Positions 44,887 to 54,678 of a stretch of 64,000 nt of DNA are shown here, piece by piece. The stretch lies in sequence record OR525701.1. One strand, 5' to 3'. Within the stretch, counting starts at the first letter, position 1. The number at the start of each line of letters is the position of its first letter. Below the pieces are notes generated by a model that had not been told where the DNA came from, did not search any database, and saw only the letters and a list, made by a program, of their open reading frames with translations. Position numbers and translations under genes: made by a program. The stretch comes from Escherichia phage vB-Eco-KMB38.

Positions 44887-44912
44887 GGGAGACTTCGGTC
44901 TCCCATTTTTGG
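44887..44912 (+). terminator. Rho-independent terminator after gene 23
   Basis: gggagacttcggtctccc followed by atttttggtttt. Confidence 0.7.
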
Positions 44913-44914
44913 TT

Positions 44915-45184
44915 TTATTTCTGTGCAATTTCGATGTAAGTTTTCAAAATATTTTGCCAATTAGGCATACCTTCTTGGACATATGCTGGAGAACCGTCTT
45001 TGTTTTTGAATGATGCAAGTTTATCAGTGGCCCAATAACCTTTAGCTCGAGCTTCAGAATCAACTTTCATCCATACTTTGTTGAAGGCATTACCATTAAC
45101 TTTTGCACCATATTTTTCTACTAACTTAACGGCTTCAGTTTCCAGAACTTTTAAAGTATCTCGTAAGAAACGTGCTTTAGTCAT
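44915..45184 (-). CDS. Hypothetical protein (89 aa) in the 23-24 intergenic slot
   Basis: ORF with GAGGAGTAAACAAA RBS and its own early promoter; T4 carries segD at this position. Confidence 0.55.
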   Translation of the reverse strand: MTKARFLRDTLKVLETEAVKLVEKYGAKVNGNAFNKVWMKVDSEARAKGYWATDKLASFKNKDGSPAYVQEGMPNWQNILKTYIEIAQK

Positions 45185-45204
45185 TTTGTTTACTCCTCTG
45201 TAGT

Positions 45205-45244
45205 TGATAAGTCTATAGTATCACATACCAAATACGTTGTAAAC
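45205..45244 (-). promoter_or_regulatory. PeSL-type early promoter cassette
   Basis: Minus-strand sense GTTTACAACGTATTTGGTATGTGATACTATAGACTTATCAAC. Confidence 0.55.
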
Positions 45245-45250
45245 AATCTT

Positions 45251-45258
45251 TATAAATA
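45251..45258 (+). promoter_or_regulatory. T4 late promoter TATAAATA (gene 24)
   Basis: Exact TATAAATA about 28 nt upstream of the gene 24 ATG. Confidence 0.6.
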
Positions 45259-45285
45259 ATCTATATCACATAAGGAAAAAATGCA

Positions 45286-46569
45286 ATGAGTAAAATCCAA
45301 AAATTATTGCGTGAATCTACAACGTCTACTAGCAACTCAATTGGTCGCCCAAATCTCGTTGCTTTGACTCGCGCTACGACTAAATTAATATATTCTGACA
45401 TTGTAGCAACACAAAGAACTAATCAACCTGTTGCTGCTTTTTATGGTATCAAATATCTTAACCCAGATAATGAATTCACATTTAAAACTGGTGCTACTTA
45501 TGCGGGTGAAGTTGGATATGTAGACCGAGAAAAAATTACTGAGCTCACAGAAGAATCAAAAGTCACACTAAATAAAGGTGATTTTTTCAAATATAATAAT
45601 ATCGTCTATAAAGTGTTAGAAGATACACCATTTGCAGATATTCAAGAAAGTGATCTAGAATTAGCTCTTCAGATTGCAGTCGTTCATTTAAAGGTACGGT
45701 TATTTTCAGATGCAGCGGTAACAAGCAAATTTGAAAGCTCCGATAGCGAAATTTCTGATGCAAGATTCCAGATTAATAAATGGCAAACTTCAGTCAAATC
45801 TCGTAAACTTAAAACCGGCCTCACGGTTGAATTAGCGCAAGATTTGGAAGCGAATGGATTTGATGCCCCTAACTTCTTAGAAGATTTGCTTGCTACTGAA
45901 ATGGCAGATGAAATTAATAAAGATATTCTTCAGTCTTTAATTACTGTATCGAAACGTTATAAAGTTACTGGAATTACTGACACTGGATTTATTGACTTGA
46001 GCTATGCATCCGCTCCAGAAGCAGGTCGTTCATTATATCGAATGGTGTGTGAAATGGTATCGCACATTCAAAAAGAGACAACTTATACTGCAACGTTTTG
46101 TGTAGCCTCAGCTCGTGCAGCTGCTATTCTTGCTGCTTCCGGTTGGTTAAAACATAAGCCAGAAGATGACAAGTATCTTTCACAAAATGCTTATGGATTC
46201 TTGGCAAATGGATTACCTCTTTACTGCGATACCAACAGCCCGTTAGATTATGTTATTGTGGGTGTTGTGGAAAATCTCGGTGAAAAAGAAATTGTAGGGT
46301 CCATCTTTTATGCTCCATACACTGAAGGAGTAGATTTAGATGACCCGGAACATGTTGGTGCATTTAAAGTTGTAGTTGATCCAGAAAGCTTGCAACCGTC
46401 TATCGGATTATTGGTTAGATATGCTTTATCAGCAAATCCTTACACAGTAGCAAAAGACGAAAAAGAAGCGAGAATAATTGATGGTGGGGACATGGATAAA
46501 ATGGCAGGACGTTCAGACTTGTCTGTTTTATTAGGTGTTAAACTACCAAAAATTATCATTGATGAATGA
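45286..46569 (+). CDS. 24: Capsid vertex protein
   Basis: 427 aa, paralogue of gp23. Confidence 0.95.
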   Translation: MSKIQKLLRESTTSTSNSIGRPNLVALTRATTKLIYSDIVATQRTNQPVAAFYGIKYLNPDNEFTFKTGATYAGEVGYVDREKITELTEESKVTLNKGDFFKYNNIVYKVLEDTPFADIQESDLELALQIAVVHLKVRLFSDAAVTSKFESSDSEISDARFQINKWQTSVKSRKLKTGLTVELAQDLEANGFDAPNFLEDLLATEMADEINKDILQSLITVSKRYKVTGITDTGFIDLSYASAPEAGRSLYRMVCEMVSHIQKETTYTATFCVASARAAAILAASGWLKHKPEDDKYLSQNAYGFLANGLPLYCDTNSPLDYVIVGVVENLGEKEIVGSIFYAPYTEGVDLDDPEHVGAFKVVVDPESLQPSIGLLVRYALSANPYTVAKDEKEARIIDGGDMDKMAGRSDLSVLLGVKLPKIIIDE

Positions 46570-46600
46570 AAAAAAAAAGGGACCTTACGGTCCCTTTTTT
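46570..46600. terminator. Bidirectional rho-independent terminator
   Basis: A-run, hairpin gggaccttacggtccc, T-run; sits between convergent genes 24 and rnlB. Confidence 0.7.
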
Positions 46601-46602
46601 CG

Positions 46603-47601
46603 TTATGATACTAATTCAATCCATGCAGGACGCAGAACATCTTGCACCATTCGGACTAATTCTTTCTTAACAAGATTCGGATTATCAGATGATGCTAATA
46701 CAATACCTTCACGAGAAGTTTCTTCCAGAATATCTTGAACAGTCAGTCCCATCACTTTGCCAAAATCTTTTGGCGTTACAACCCCAATCTTAGAAATCAC
46801 ATTATTAACACGATTTAATGTAACATAACAAGCTAGAACATCAAGCAAGTTTTTGTCAATTTCGGTTAATGGAACCTGAGTTTTAACAGGTTTATCAGAC
46901 TTTTTCTTTTCACTGAATTTAGAGTTCTTGCACTTAATAGCTACACGAGTACCGTTTGGCAGCCATTTAGGGAAACAAGGCTTCAGAACATAACCTTCTG
47001 CAGTATTATTACCAATAACATTAGCATCAAATACACAATTATTTGCTTCGACAAGGTCTTCTGACGCAGTAGCATTATAAGCGGCTAAGACAGAATCAAG
47101 GTCGTTTGGAATCATGATAAGAGCATCAAATGTTCCGCGACCAAGCATCGGGGCCATTTTAAAACCGAATTCATTACAGAAATCTTGCATTTCATAATCG
47201 GTCAAATACGTATTATCACCACTTTCTGTATTGATAAGGATATCGAACACATAAAAATCTTTTTCACCGTAGTCAACACCTTTCTGGATTCCACCACCGG
47301 CGAATTCACCGAATACTTGATACGATACGGCTCGAGCTGTGTACATGAATTCCTGAACAGCTTTAATAGCTTTATCATACTTCTTGAGTACGATTTCATA
47401 ACCATAAAAATCTTCTGCTGGAAGAATAGGGCCTGTGCGCTTGGCGCATGTGACGTTGTCACGTTCAATTATTAACGAGAAGTTGGTCCCATGGATTTTC
47501 TCACGTGCTACCCAAACACCAGTAGTCAAACCATTAGTGTAGAGTTTTTCAATAAACTTAGAGTTGTAGTGGTTTTCAAGACTGCTGTATTTCTTAAACA
47601 T
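46603..47601 (-). CDS. rnlB: RNA ligase 2
   Basis: [20 protein letters not shown]...KIHGTNFSL (lysine nucleotidyltransferase motif) closely matches T4 Rnl2. Confidence 0.95.
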   Translation of the reverse strand: MFKKYSSLENHYNSKFIEKLYTNGLTTGVWVAREKIHGTNFSLIIERDNVTCAKRTGPILPAEDFYGYEIVLKKYDKAIKAVQEFMYTARAVSYQVFGEFAGGGIQKGVDYGEKDFYVFDILINTESGDNTYLTDYEMQDFCNEFGFKMAPMLGRGTFDALIMIPNDLDSVLAAYNATASEDLVEANNCVFDANVIGNNTAEGYVLKPCFPKWLPNGTRVAIKCKNSKFSEKKKSDKPVKTQVPLTEIDKNLLDVLACYVTLNRVNNVISKIGVVTPKDFGKVMGLTVQDILEETSREGIVLASSDNPNLVKKELVRMVQDVLRPAWIELVS

Positions 47602-47720
47602 AAATCACCATTATAAATAATAATATCAAAATAATTAGCAGAGACTCTGTCTCCGACCGGATGTTTAATTTGAATGGATAGAACCTAGATTCATTATACC
47701 ATCAAAAAATGTAAAGCATA

Positions 47721-47972
47721 TTAGAACTTGATTTCTATCCAATGACCATCACGCTGGTCGTGATTAATTTTATACTGAAAGCCATTATCACGTAACCACT
47801 GACCGACTTGCTCAGTGATAGTTAAATCATTCTTTGACGGGTAGTACGTGAATTGTGTCTGACCTTTGTCAGCAGCTTTCTCTGCCATCACAGAGAAGTT
47901 AGTAATAAAATCACTCAACAAATTAGCTTTAGTGGCCAGAGCCCTTTCTCTTAATTCCTGTGCAAAACTCAT
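47721..47972 (-). CDS. Hypothetical protein (83 aa)
   Basis: ORF at the T4 24.2/24.3 position. Confidence 0.5.
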   Translation of the reverse strand: MSFAQELRERALATKANLLSDFITNFSVMAEKAADKGQTQFTYYPSKNDLTITEQVGQWLRDNGFQYKINHDQRDGHWIEIKF

Positions 47973-48175
47973 TTCTTCACCTTTTTGTTAATCAAACGTT
48001 TACGGTATACAACTTTTTCTTTTGCTTTAAACTTTGACCGAGCTGTCTCGGCTTTAGTCCATAGTAATCCAACTTCTTTAGGTTGTAAACCGATTTTTTG
48101 AGCAATTTCTACGAATGAAAATCCCGCCTCATGTAATGTATAAACTTCAACCTCAGTTCTCATAATCAATCTCAT
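47969..48175 (-). CDS. Hypothetical small basic protein, possible HTH
   Basis: 68 aa, EAGFSFVEIAQKIGL helix-turn-helix-like, basic tail. Confidence 0.45.
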   Translation of the reverse strand: MRLIMRTEVEVYTLHEAGFSFVEIAQKIGLQPKEVGLLWTKAETARSKFKAKEKVVYRKRLINKKVKK

Positions 48176-48227
48176 GTTATCGAGTTGGTGTCATTATATA
48201 CATCAATCTCAAGTCGTGTTTTTATGC

Positions 48228-48260
48228 TTTAAAAACGAAGAAAGGGGCCGAAGCCCCTTA
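48228..48260 (-). terminator. Rho-independent terminator after hoc
   Basis: aaggggccgaagcccctt hairpin with T-rich tract on minus strand. Confidence 0.5.
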
Positions 48261-48263
48261 CGA

Positions 48264-49394
48264 TTATGGATATGTATAGATGATACCAGTTTCTAAAGCA
48301 GTTTTATGGATGATATATCCATTACGCGATTCTTGAACATCAACTTCTGGATAATCTTTCATCATCTTCTGGAGAGTGTAACGATGCAGGTAGTATTTAC
48401 TATCTGGGTCGTCAATTTTCCAATCTTTACCTTCTTCAGTCATTTTTTGGATTTCATCCATAACCCACCAACCGCACCAGATGTAAGCTGAAGTACGATG
48501 TGGAAGAGGATGAACATAAGGTAGTTCACCTTCTGGTTCCGGAGCAACTTTATCAGTTACCTGAACTTGACCCGTCGTTTTAACTGTTTTACTATCATAA
48601 TCGGTTGCAGTAACAACTGCAGTAACTTCAATAGTTTGACTTCCAACAGATGAGGTATCAACTGTATACACATTAGTCGATCCTTCTACAGGAGAAGAAT
48701 CTTTCTTCCATGAATAAGTAATTTGTGCCGATTCTGGTGCACCAGTCACATTAGCAGTAAATGTAGCCGAAGCATCTTGTTGAACACTAATAGAAGGAGG
48801 AGTCAATGTAACCTGTGGATTCATTGTCTTCTTATTAACAGTCAGTGATACTTCATTAGAAGTAACTTCTTTTGCATTATAATCATCAGCAGTTACTTGG
48901 GCTACGCATTTAATTCTTTTGACTCCATTTGTAGTTGGAGTATAGTTAAATGTAGAGTTAGTTTCTCCACTAATTTGAGAATCGTCAACATACCATTGAT
49001 ACGTAGCAGATGCACCTGATGGCTGCGAAGCCAAAGCAGCAGTAAATTTAACAGCTGTTCCAATTACTCCTGCTGGAGGACTATTGGGAGTTACGGCTAA
49101 TGTAGTCGTCTGGGTTTTGTTTTTGACTGTAATAGTTGTACTAATTTCAGCTGTTTCAGCTTCACTGTCAGGAACTGGATTTGTTGCAACTACTTTAATA
49201 GTTTTTTGTCCAGCAGGACCCTTTAATACATAACTAAAAGTTGCTGACGTTTCTTCCTGTGGAGCATCGTCTACAGTCCAAGCATATGTAATAGGTCCGT
49301 CTCCAGTTTGACCGCTGGGCGTAGCAGTAAACTGCTTAGTCTGATCTATAACTCCGGTAGGCGTTTTAGGAGTTATATCAACTGTAAAAGCCAT
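48264..49394 (-). CDS. hoc: Highly immunogenic outer capsid protein (Ig-like domains)
   Basis: MAFTVDITPKTPTGVIDQTKQFTATPSGQTG...; 376 aa, closely matches T4 Hoc. Confidence 0.95.
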   Translation of the reverse strand: MAFTVDITPKTPTGVIDQTKQFTATPSGQTGDGPITYAWTVDDAPQEETSATFSYVLKGPAGQKTIKVVATNPVPDSEAETAEISTTITVKNKTQTTTLAVTPNSPPAGVIGTAVKFTAALASQPSGASATYQWYVDDSQISGETNSTFNYTPTTNGVKRIKCVAQVTADDYNAKEVTSNEVSLTVNKKTMNPQVTLTPPSISVQQDASATFTANVTGAPESAQITYSWKKDSSPVEGSTNVYTVDTSSVGSQTIEVTAVVTATDYDSKTVKTTGQVQVTDKVAPEPEGELPYVHPLPHRTSAYIWCGWWVMDEIQKMTEEGKDWKIDDPDSKYYLHRYTLQKMMKDYPEVDVQESRNGYIIHKTALETGIIYTYP

Positions 49395-49403
49395 AAGTTA
49401 TCC

Positions 49404-50072
49404 TTATTTTAATGTTACGAAAGAAGAATTACGAGTTTCGCGAATTAGAACTGATCCATCGCGATTAATATAATAAATTAAGCTAAATAATGTTTGGTGT
49501 GCCGACGCATGTTCAAAACTGGTTGGGCGAGATTTCCAATCAGGTGTTTCGGCTATCCATTGATAAATCCACCAAGGAACAGTAACATACCCTGGGCCTT
49601 TGCCTAATTTAATGAGTGTAGGACTAAAATTTTCAGGCAGAACAAATTTTACTTCTTTATTTACTTCTGGCTCAGGCTCTTTTTCAGATTCAACAACCTG
49701 AGTAATTGCTTCTTCAAATTTATCATGGTCGAATTCTATTTCTTGTTCGACAACTTCTAATACTTCAACTTGTTCTGCCGGAGAATCAAACAACAGAATA
49801 GCTTCTTCTTTAACTTCTTCGTTGGTGAAATTAACACCGTCCACATCATCTGCGGCAGTAATTAAATCGGTGATAGATAATCCATCAGTTTCAGGTAATG
49901 GTTCATTAGCCAGTGCGTTAAGAGCTTCTTCGATATCAATAACAATATTATCGAATGATTTTGTTTTCTTAACACTAATACCAAATTGTGCCGCATATTC
50001 AAACAGTTTAGCTTTGGCTTCCTTTTTATCAGAAAGAGCACGTAACTCTTCAATATAGTCTTTATCGATCAT
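49404..50072 (-). CDS. inh: Inhibitor of prohead protease
   Basis: 222 aa acidic protein at the T4 inh position. Confidence 0.75.
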   Translation of the reverse strand: MIDKDYIEELRALSDKKEAKAKLFEYAAQFGISVKKTKSFDNIVIDIEEALNALANEPLPETDGLSITDLITAADDVDGVNFTNEEVKEEAILLFDSPAEQVEVLEVVEQEIEFDHDKFEEAITQVVESEKEPEPEVNKEVKFVLPENFSPTLIKLGKGPGYVTVPWWIYQWIAETPDWKSRPTSFEHASAHQTLFSLIYYINRDGSVLIRETRNSSFVTLK

Positions 50073-50086
50073 GGTATTTCCTCATT

Positions 50087-50094
50087 ATAAATAT
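50087..50094 (+). promoter_or_regulatory. T4 late promoter TATAAATA upstream of GIY-YIG endonuclease gene
   Basis: Exact TATAAATA. Confidence 0.45.
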
Positions 50095-50121
50095 AACTAT
50101 ATTTATTACATGGAAAAGAGT

Positions 50122-50853
50122 ATGTATCACTTTGTTTATGAGACCGTAAATTTAATTAATGGTAAAAAGTACATTGGCAAACATTCTACAGAAAATTTAA
50201 ATGATTCGTATCTAGGGTCAGGTGTTGCCTTAAATCGCGCTATCAAAAAATACGGAGAAGAATCATTTAAACGTTCAATAATTAAACAATTTGAAACTTC
50301 CGCTGAAGCTTTAGAATACGAAGCTCAGTTAGTAACAGAGGATTTGGTCAAATCTAACGAGTATTATAATATGCGCCAAGGCGGTGAAGGTGGAAGGTAT
50401 AAGTACACCGAAGCTGATAAGACTAAAATGTCTAATAGTGCTAAAGAACGAATAAAGAGGCTTGGTCATAATCTTTTAGGAAAACACAGATCGGAAGAAA
50501 CAAAAAGAAAACTATCTGAAACAAATAAACGTCGATACTCTGAAGACCCAACATGCCACGGGCGGTATGGTACAGGAAAGCCAAAGATTGATAAAATTAA
50601 AGGTCCTAAAAATCCTACAACTCTAAATAAAATTTGTGTTAACAACGGTAAAGAAAACAGATTTATATCAGCCGAGGACCCGATGCCTGAAGGATTTGTA
50701 AAAGGAATGGTCCAACTTAATAGAAAATCTAGAAAGGGCTGTGAAGTAAAACCTACGACCACCGGCAGAATATGGGTAAATAACGGGGCTATAAATAAAT
50801 TAGTAAATCCGTTATCCATCCCAGATGGATATGTTAAAGGCCGTTTAAGGTAA
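50122..50853 (+). CDS. GIY-YIG homing endonuclease (SegE-like)
   Basis: YHFVYETVNLINGKKYIGKHS GIY-YIG motif, basic NUMOD-like C-terminal region; T4 segE occupies this slot; start chosen after GGAAAAGAG RBS. Confidence 0.7.
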   Translation: MYHFVYETVNLINGKKYIGKHSTENLNDSYLGSGVALNRAIKKYGEESFKRSIIKQFETSAEALEYEAQLVTEDLVKSNEYYNMRQGGEGGRYKYTEADKTKMSNSAKERIKRLGHNLLGKHRSEETKRKLSETNKRRYSEDPTCHGRYGTGKPKIDKIKGPKNPTTLNKICVNNGKENRFISAEDPMPEGFVKGMVQLNRKSRKGCEVKPTTTGRIWVNNGAINKLVNPLSIPDGYVKGRLR

Positions 50854-50858
50854 TTATT

Positions 50859-52373
50859 ATGACAGATATTAAAGTACATTTTCACGATTTTAGCCATGTA
50901 AGAATTGAATGCGACGAAAGCGTGTTCTATGAATTACGCGACTTTTTTAGCTTTGAAGCCGATGGGTACAAATTCAACCCGCGTTACAAATATGGGAACT
51001 GGGATGGTAGAATTCGACTTTTAGATTACAATCGTTTGTTACCATATGGGCTTGTAGGACAAATAAAAAAGTTCTGTAACAATATGAGTTATTCTGTATG
51101 GATTGACCCTAAAATCTTTGAGACCGAAGACCTTACCAGAGAAGATTTTGGCGCGTGGCTTTCTAAACAAGAAATTTATTCAGGCAACGCCAAAATCGAA
51201 CCACATTGGTATCAAAAAGATGCAGTATACGAAGGACTAGTTAATCGTCGTCGAATTTTAAACCTTCCAACATCGGCAGGTAAATCACTAATCCAAGCAC
51301 TTTTAGCTCGATATTATCTAGAGAACTATGAAGGTAAAATTCTCATTATCGTCCCTACAACAGCATTGACAACCCAGATGGCTAATGATTTTGTTGATTA
51401 TCGCTTGTTTAGTCATTCGATGATTAAGAAAATTGGCGGTGGTGCTGATAAAGCGGACAAATCTAAAAACGACGCTCCAATTATTGTTGGCACATGGCAA
51501 ACGGTAGTTAAGCAGCCTAAAGAATGGTTCTCTCAGTTCGGTATGATGATGAACGATGAATGCCACTTAGCTACAGGCAAAAGTATTTCTTCAATCATCT
51601 CAGGATTAAATAATTGCATGTTTAAATTCGGTTTATCTGGCTCATTAAGAGACGGAAAAGCCAATGTAATGCAGTACGTAGGTATGTTCGGCGAAATCTT
51701 CCGTCCTGTTAGCACATCTAAATTAATGGAAGACGGACAGGTAACTGAGCTTAAGATTAATAGTATTTTCCTTCGTTATCCGGACGAATTCGCCATTAAA
51801 TTAAAAGGTAAAACATACCAAGAAGAAGTTAAAATTATTACCGGACTAAAACGACGTACAAAGTGGATTGCTCAACTTTCAGTCAAATTAGCTAAGAAAG
51901 ACGAGAACGCATTTGTAATGTTTAAACATGTTACACATGGTAAAGAAATATTTGAAGCTATTAAAGAGCTTGGATACGAAAAAGTTTATTACGTATCAGG
52001 TGAAGTTGATACCGAAACACGTAACGCGCTTAAAGTCATGGCAGAAAATGGTAAAGGCATTATTATTGTCGCATCATATGGAGTATTCTCTACTGGTATT
52101 TCAGTCAAGAATCTTCATCATGTTATTTTTGCCCATGGTGTTAAATCAAAAATTATCGTACTTCAAACCGTAGGTCGCGTGCTTCGTAAGCATGGTTCTA
52201 AAGCTGTTGCTACAGTTTGGGATCTCATCGATGACGCAGGTGTAAAACCTAAATCATTAAATACTAAAAAGAAGTATACTCATCTTAATTACTTGTTAAA
52301 ACACGGTATTGATCGTATCCAACGTTACGCTGATGAGAAATTTAACTATGTAATGAAAACAATTAATTTATAA
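50859..52373 (+). CDS. uvsW: UvsW helicase
   Basis: MTDIKVHFHDFSHVRIECDES...LPTSAGKSLIQALLA; closely matches T4 UvsW. Confidence 0.95.
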   Translation: MTDIKVHFHDFSHVRIECDESVFYELRDFFSFEADGYKFNPRYKYGNWDGRIRLLDYNRLLPYGLVGQIKKFCNNMSYSVWIDPKIFETEDLTREDFGAWLSKQEIYSGNAKIEPHWYQKDAVYEGLVNRRRILNLPTSAGKSLIQALLARYYLENYEGKILIIVPTTALTTQMANDFVDYRLFSHSMIKKIGGGADKADKSKNDAPIIVGTWQTVVKQPKEWFSQFGMMMNDECHLATGKSISSIISGLNNCMFKFGLSGSLRDGKANVMQYVGMFGEIFRPVSTSKLMEDGQVTELKINSIFLRYPDEFAIKLKGKTYQEEVKIITGLKRRTKWIAQLSVKLAKKDENAFVMFKHVTHGKEIFEAIKELGYEKVYYVSGEVDTETRNALKVMAENGKGIIIVASYGVFSTGISVKNLHHVIFAHGVKSKIIVLQTVGRVLRKHGSKAVATVWDLIDDAGVKPKSLNTKKKYTHLNYLLKHGIDRIQRYADEKFNYVMKTINL

Positions 52374-52398
52374 GGGCTTCGGCCCTTAGGAGATAAAA

Positions 52399-52632
52399 AT
52401 GGTACTTGAATTTAAACAATTTTTATACGAAGCATCTATTGACGAATTCATGGGTAAAATTGCTAGTTGTCATACCTTAGAAGGGCTTGAAGAATTGGAA
52501 GCTTATTATAAGAAACGTATAAAAGAAACGGAATTAAAAGATACAGATGATATTTCTGTCAGGGATGCCTTAGCAGGTAAGCGTGCCGAACTTGAAGGCG
52601 ACGATGATGAGGATGAGGAAGAAGACTTTTAA
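52399..52632 (+). CDS. uvsW.1: UvsW.1
   Basis: 77 aa with acidic tail; position after uvsW. Confidence 0.8.
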   Translation: MVLEFKQFLYEASIDEFMGKIASCHTLEGLEELEAYYKKRIKETELKDTDDISVRDALAGKRAELEGDDDEDEEEDF

Positions 52633-52663
52633 TTAAAAAAGGCCCGACCTTTTTGGAAGGGCC
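52633..52663 (-). terminator. Rho-independent terminator for the minus-strand uvsY transcription unit
   Basis: ggcccgacctttttggaagggcc with U-run on minus strand. Confidence 0.5.
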
Positions 52664-52688
52664 AAAAACCATAGGCAAAAAGGTAACA

Positions 52689-52856
52689 CTATAGTAAAAG
52701 TTGGGTTTCGTTCAATTGCTCTTCTGAACTTTCTGAAACCGGCAATTGTTGGACATAATTATAACAAGGGCCAGGATGTGCCGGACCTTTGTCTGTTTCA
52801 ACAACCAATGCAGAATCGATTGGAGTTTTACAGACAACACAAATCTTATCTGACAT
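52689..52856 (-). CDS. Small Cys-rich protein (uvsY.-1 position, ~55 aa)
   Basis: MSDKICVVCKTPIDS...GPCYNY; below the ORF-track cut-off; coordinates approximate. Confidence 0.4.
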   Translation of the reverse strand: MSDKICVVCKTPIDSALVVETDKGPAHPGPCYNYVQQLPVSESSEEQLNETQLLL

Positions 52857-52888
52857 GATTGCCTCCTAAGTTGAAATTACATATCTAT

Positions 52889-53113
52889 TTATACCACTCG
52901 CATGCACATATCGATACCCATATCTTTTGTATAAAAATACTCGTCGATGTACCCGGCAAACTTCCCTTTAATATAAAGGACGTCTTCGCCACAAGGATGG
53001 TCTGCCAGGATACGAATATCCTGACGACGTAGACGATACTTTTCCATTAAGAATTTAATTTCAGTTTCAAATTCTTCATCATTATTAAAGGCATCTTCAA
53101 TTGAATAGCGCAT
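52889..53113 (-). CDS. uvsY.-2-like protein
   Basis: 74 aa ORF directly downstream of uvsY. Confidence 0.6.
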   Translation of the reverse strand: MRYSIEDAFNNDEEFETEIKFLMEKYRLRRQDIRILADHPCGEDVLYIKGKFAGYIDEYFYTKDMGIDMCMRVV

Positions 53114-53526
53114 TATTGCCCCGCTTCAAATTCTCGCATATCCTGGATATGTTTAAGTGCAAAACTACGAGACTTAACTGCGTCAAGTGCACCACTACAG
53201 AACTCAAGTAAAATTCCCCAGTATTGTAAAGTAGTCTCTATTTTAAGCACATCTTTATCTGCGGCCAAGACAGTTTTCATTTCAGATTTCTCGTATCGGT
53301 CCATACTGAATTCATCACCATCACCTCGTCCCGAGTAGTAGTCTAATCTTGCTTTTAGAGCAGTTTTCTTCTGAGTCTCTATACGCAACATTTCTTTACG
53401 AATAAATGAGTGCTTACGTAGCCATTTGCTGTATAACTTAACATTATTCGCCGTCTCATATTGCAACTTTGTCGTATCAATAGCTAAGTCTGCGTCTAAC
53501 TCTTCCTGTAAATCTTCCAGCTTCAT
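53113..53526 (-). CDS. uvsY: UvsY recombination mediator
   Basis: From internal Met MKLEDLQEELDADLAIDTTKLQYE matching T4 UvsY; ORF track starts 27 codons upstream. Confidence 0.9.
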   Translation of the reverse strand: MKLEDLQEELDADLAIDTTKLQYETANNVKLYSKWLRKHSFIRKEMLRIETQKKTALKARLDYYSGRGDGDEFSMDRYEKSEMKTVLAADKDVLKIETTLQYWGILLEFCSGALDAVKSRSFALKHIQDMREFEAGQ

Positions 53527-53606
53527 AATATTCTCTCTTTTAACTAATAATCTCCCGGCTGTATCGGAAGGACCTAAAACCATTATACATAGGTTGCCTT
53601 GAAGCA

Positions 53607-54005
53607 TTACACTCTATTGCTTGATGCTAACTGAAGTTTGATCTGTTCGATATCATCAGGGTTATCTACGACCGAAAATCTAATCTCTACTATAACCGTA
53701 TAGTCGTCATATACTGGCGTTACACTTACAGAAAGTTTGTCGATGCGTGGCTCATAGTTACGGACGGCTGCCTGGATATTACGCTCAATCGTATCAGCTG
53801 TAAGCGGTGTCATGTTCTCGAAAAGTTCGTCGACCAAATCGCATCCAAATTCAGGGTCGAAGGGGCGTGAGCCTTTTCTAGTTGTCACTATGCCAAGAAG
53901 ACTATTTTTAATAGAACGAAGTCCTACAGAACGAGCAACGTCCTTGTTCCAATCCATACGCATTTCTGGGTCGATATCTGAATAAAGTTTATTGATATTA
54001 GACAT
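53607..54005 (-). CDS. 25: gp25 baseplate wedge protein
   Basis: MSNINKLYSDIDPEMRMDWNKDVARS; 132 aa. Confidence 0.95.
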   Translation of the reverse strand: MSNINKLYSDIDPEMRMDWNKDVARSVGLRSIKNSLLGIVTTRKGSRPFDPEFGCDLVDELFENMTPLTADTIERNIQAAVRNYEPRIDKLSVSVTPVYDDYTVIVEIRFSVVDNPDDIEQIKLQLASSNRV

Positions 54006-54631
54006 TATAATAACTCAAAGAATTCTTTGAGGCCTCGTATTGTGTGAACGTGTGACGCCCCACATTTGGGACATTTAATAGGGGTTGCCAGATAAATTGA
54101 TGGCGATACCAAAAGATTTTTAATATTGATCATGTCATCTTCTGTTATAAGGCCGTAAAGGTCGTTTATTTCTGCTTCAGTTAAATCTTCAACAGGGATG
54201 GACTCTCCATTAACAAAAACAGCCTCAATACATGAAGCAATCATTAATGCGATATTTTTATCATCAAATAATTTAGGTTGACGGAACTTAATTTTAATAC
54301 CGCTGAACGAATACCAGGGATCGGCCTGTTCATCTAATTGAGTGTGCAATAAATTCATATAGACTTGAAATGAATGCCCACAGGAACAATTCCAGGTGTG
54401 TTCTTGATTCACTTCACCTAACGAATGTGCCCACAGATTTACCAACAATAGCTCGGCTTCTTGTTTAGTCAAGTTTTTAGCATTAGAGCAATTAGTGATA
54501 ATATTGTTCACTGCTGATTCAATAGTACCGGTAGCCCGCGCACCTATGAGTCCTAAATATTCTTTTAAAGTAAAGGCTCTACAATTCACTTCTTTATCGC
54601 CTAAACGTACGGTAAACGTATATTTGTACAT
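54005..54631 (-). CDS. 26: gp26 baseplate hub protein
   Basis: 208 aa; synteny. Confidence 0.85.
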   Translation of the reverse strand: MYKYTFTVRLGDKEVNCRAFTLKEYLGLIGARATGTIESAVNNIITNCSNAKNLTKQEAELLLVNLWAHSLGEVNQEHTWNCSCGHSFQVYMNLLHTQLDEQADPWYSFSGIKIKFRQPKLFDDKNIALMIASCIEAVFVNGESIPVEDLTEAEINDLYGLITEDDMINIKNLLVSPSIYLATPIKCPKCGASHVHTIRGLKEFFELL

Positions 54632-54653
54632 GTTAACTCCTTTATTGTGTATT

Positions 54654-54661
54654 TATAAATA
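54654..54661 (+). promoter_or_regulatory. T4 late promoter TATAAATA (gene 51); reverse complement of overlapping TATTTATA gives a second late promoter for gene 26
   Basis: tatttataaata in divergent 26/51 intergenic region. Confidence 0.55.
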
Positions 54662-54678
54662 ATAGAAAAGGAGTAATT

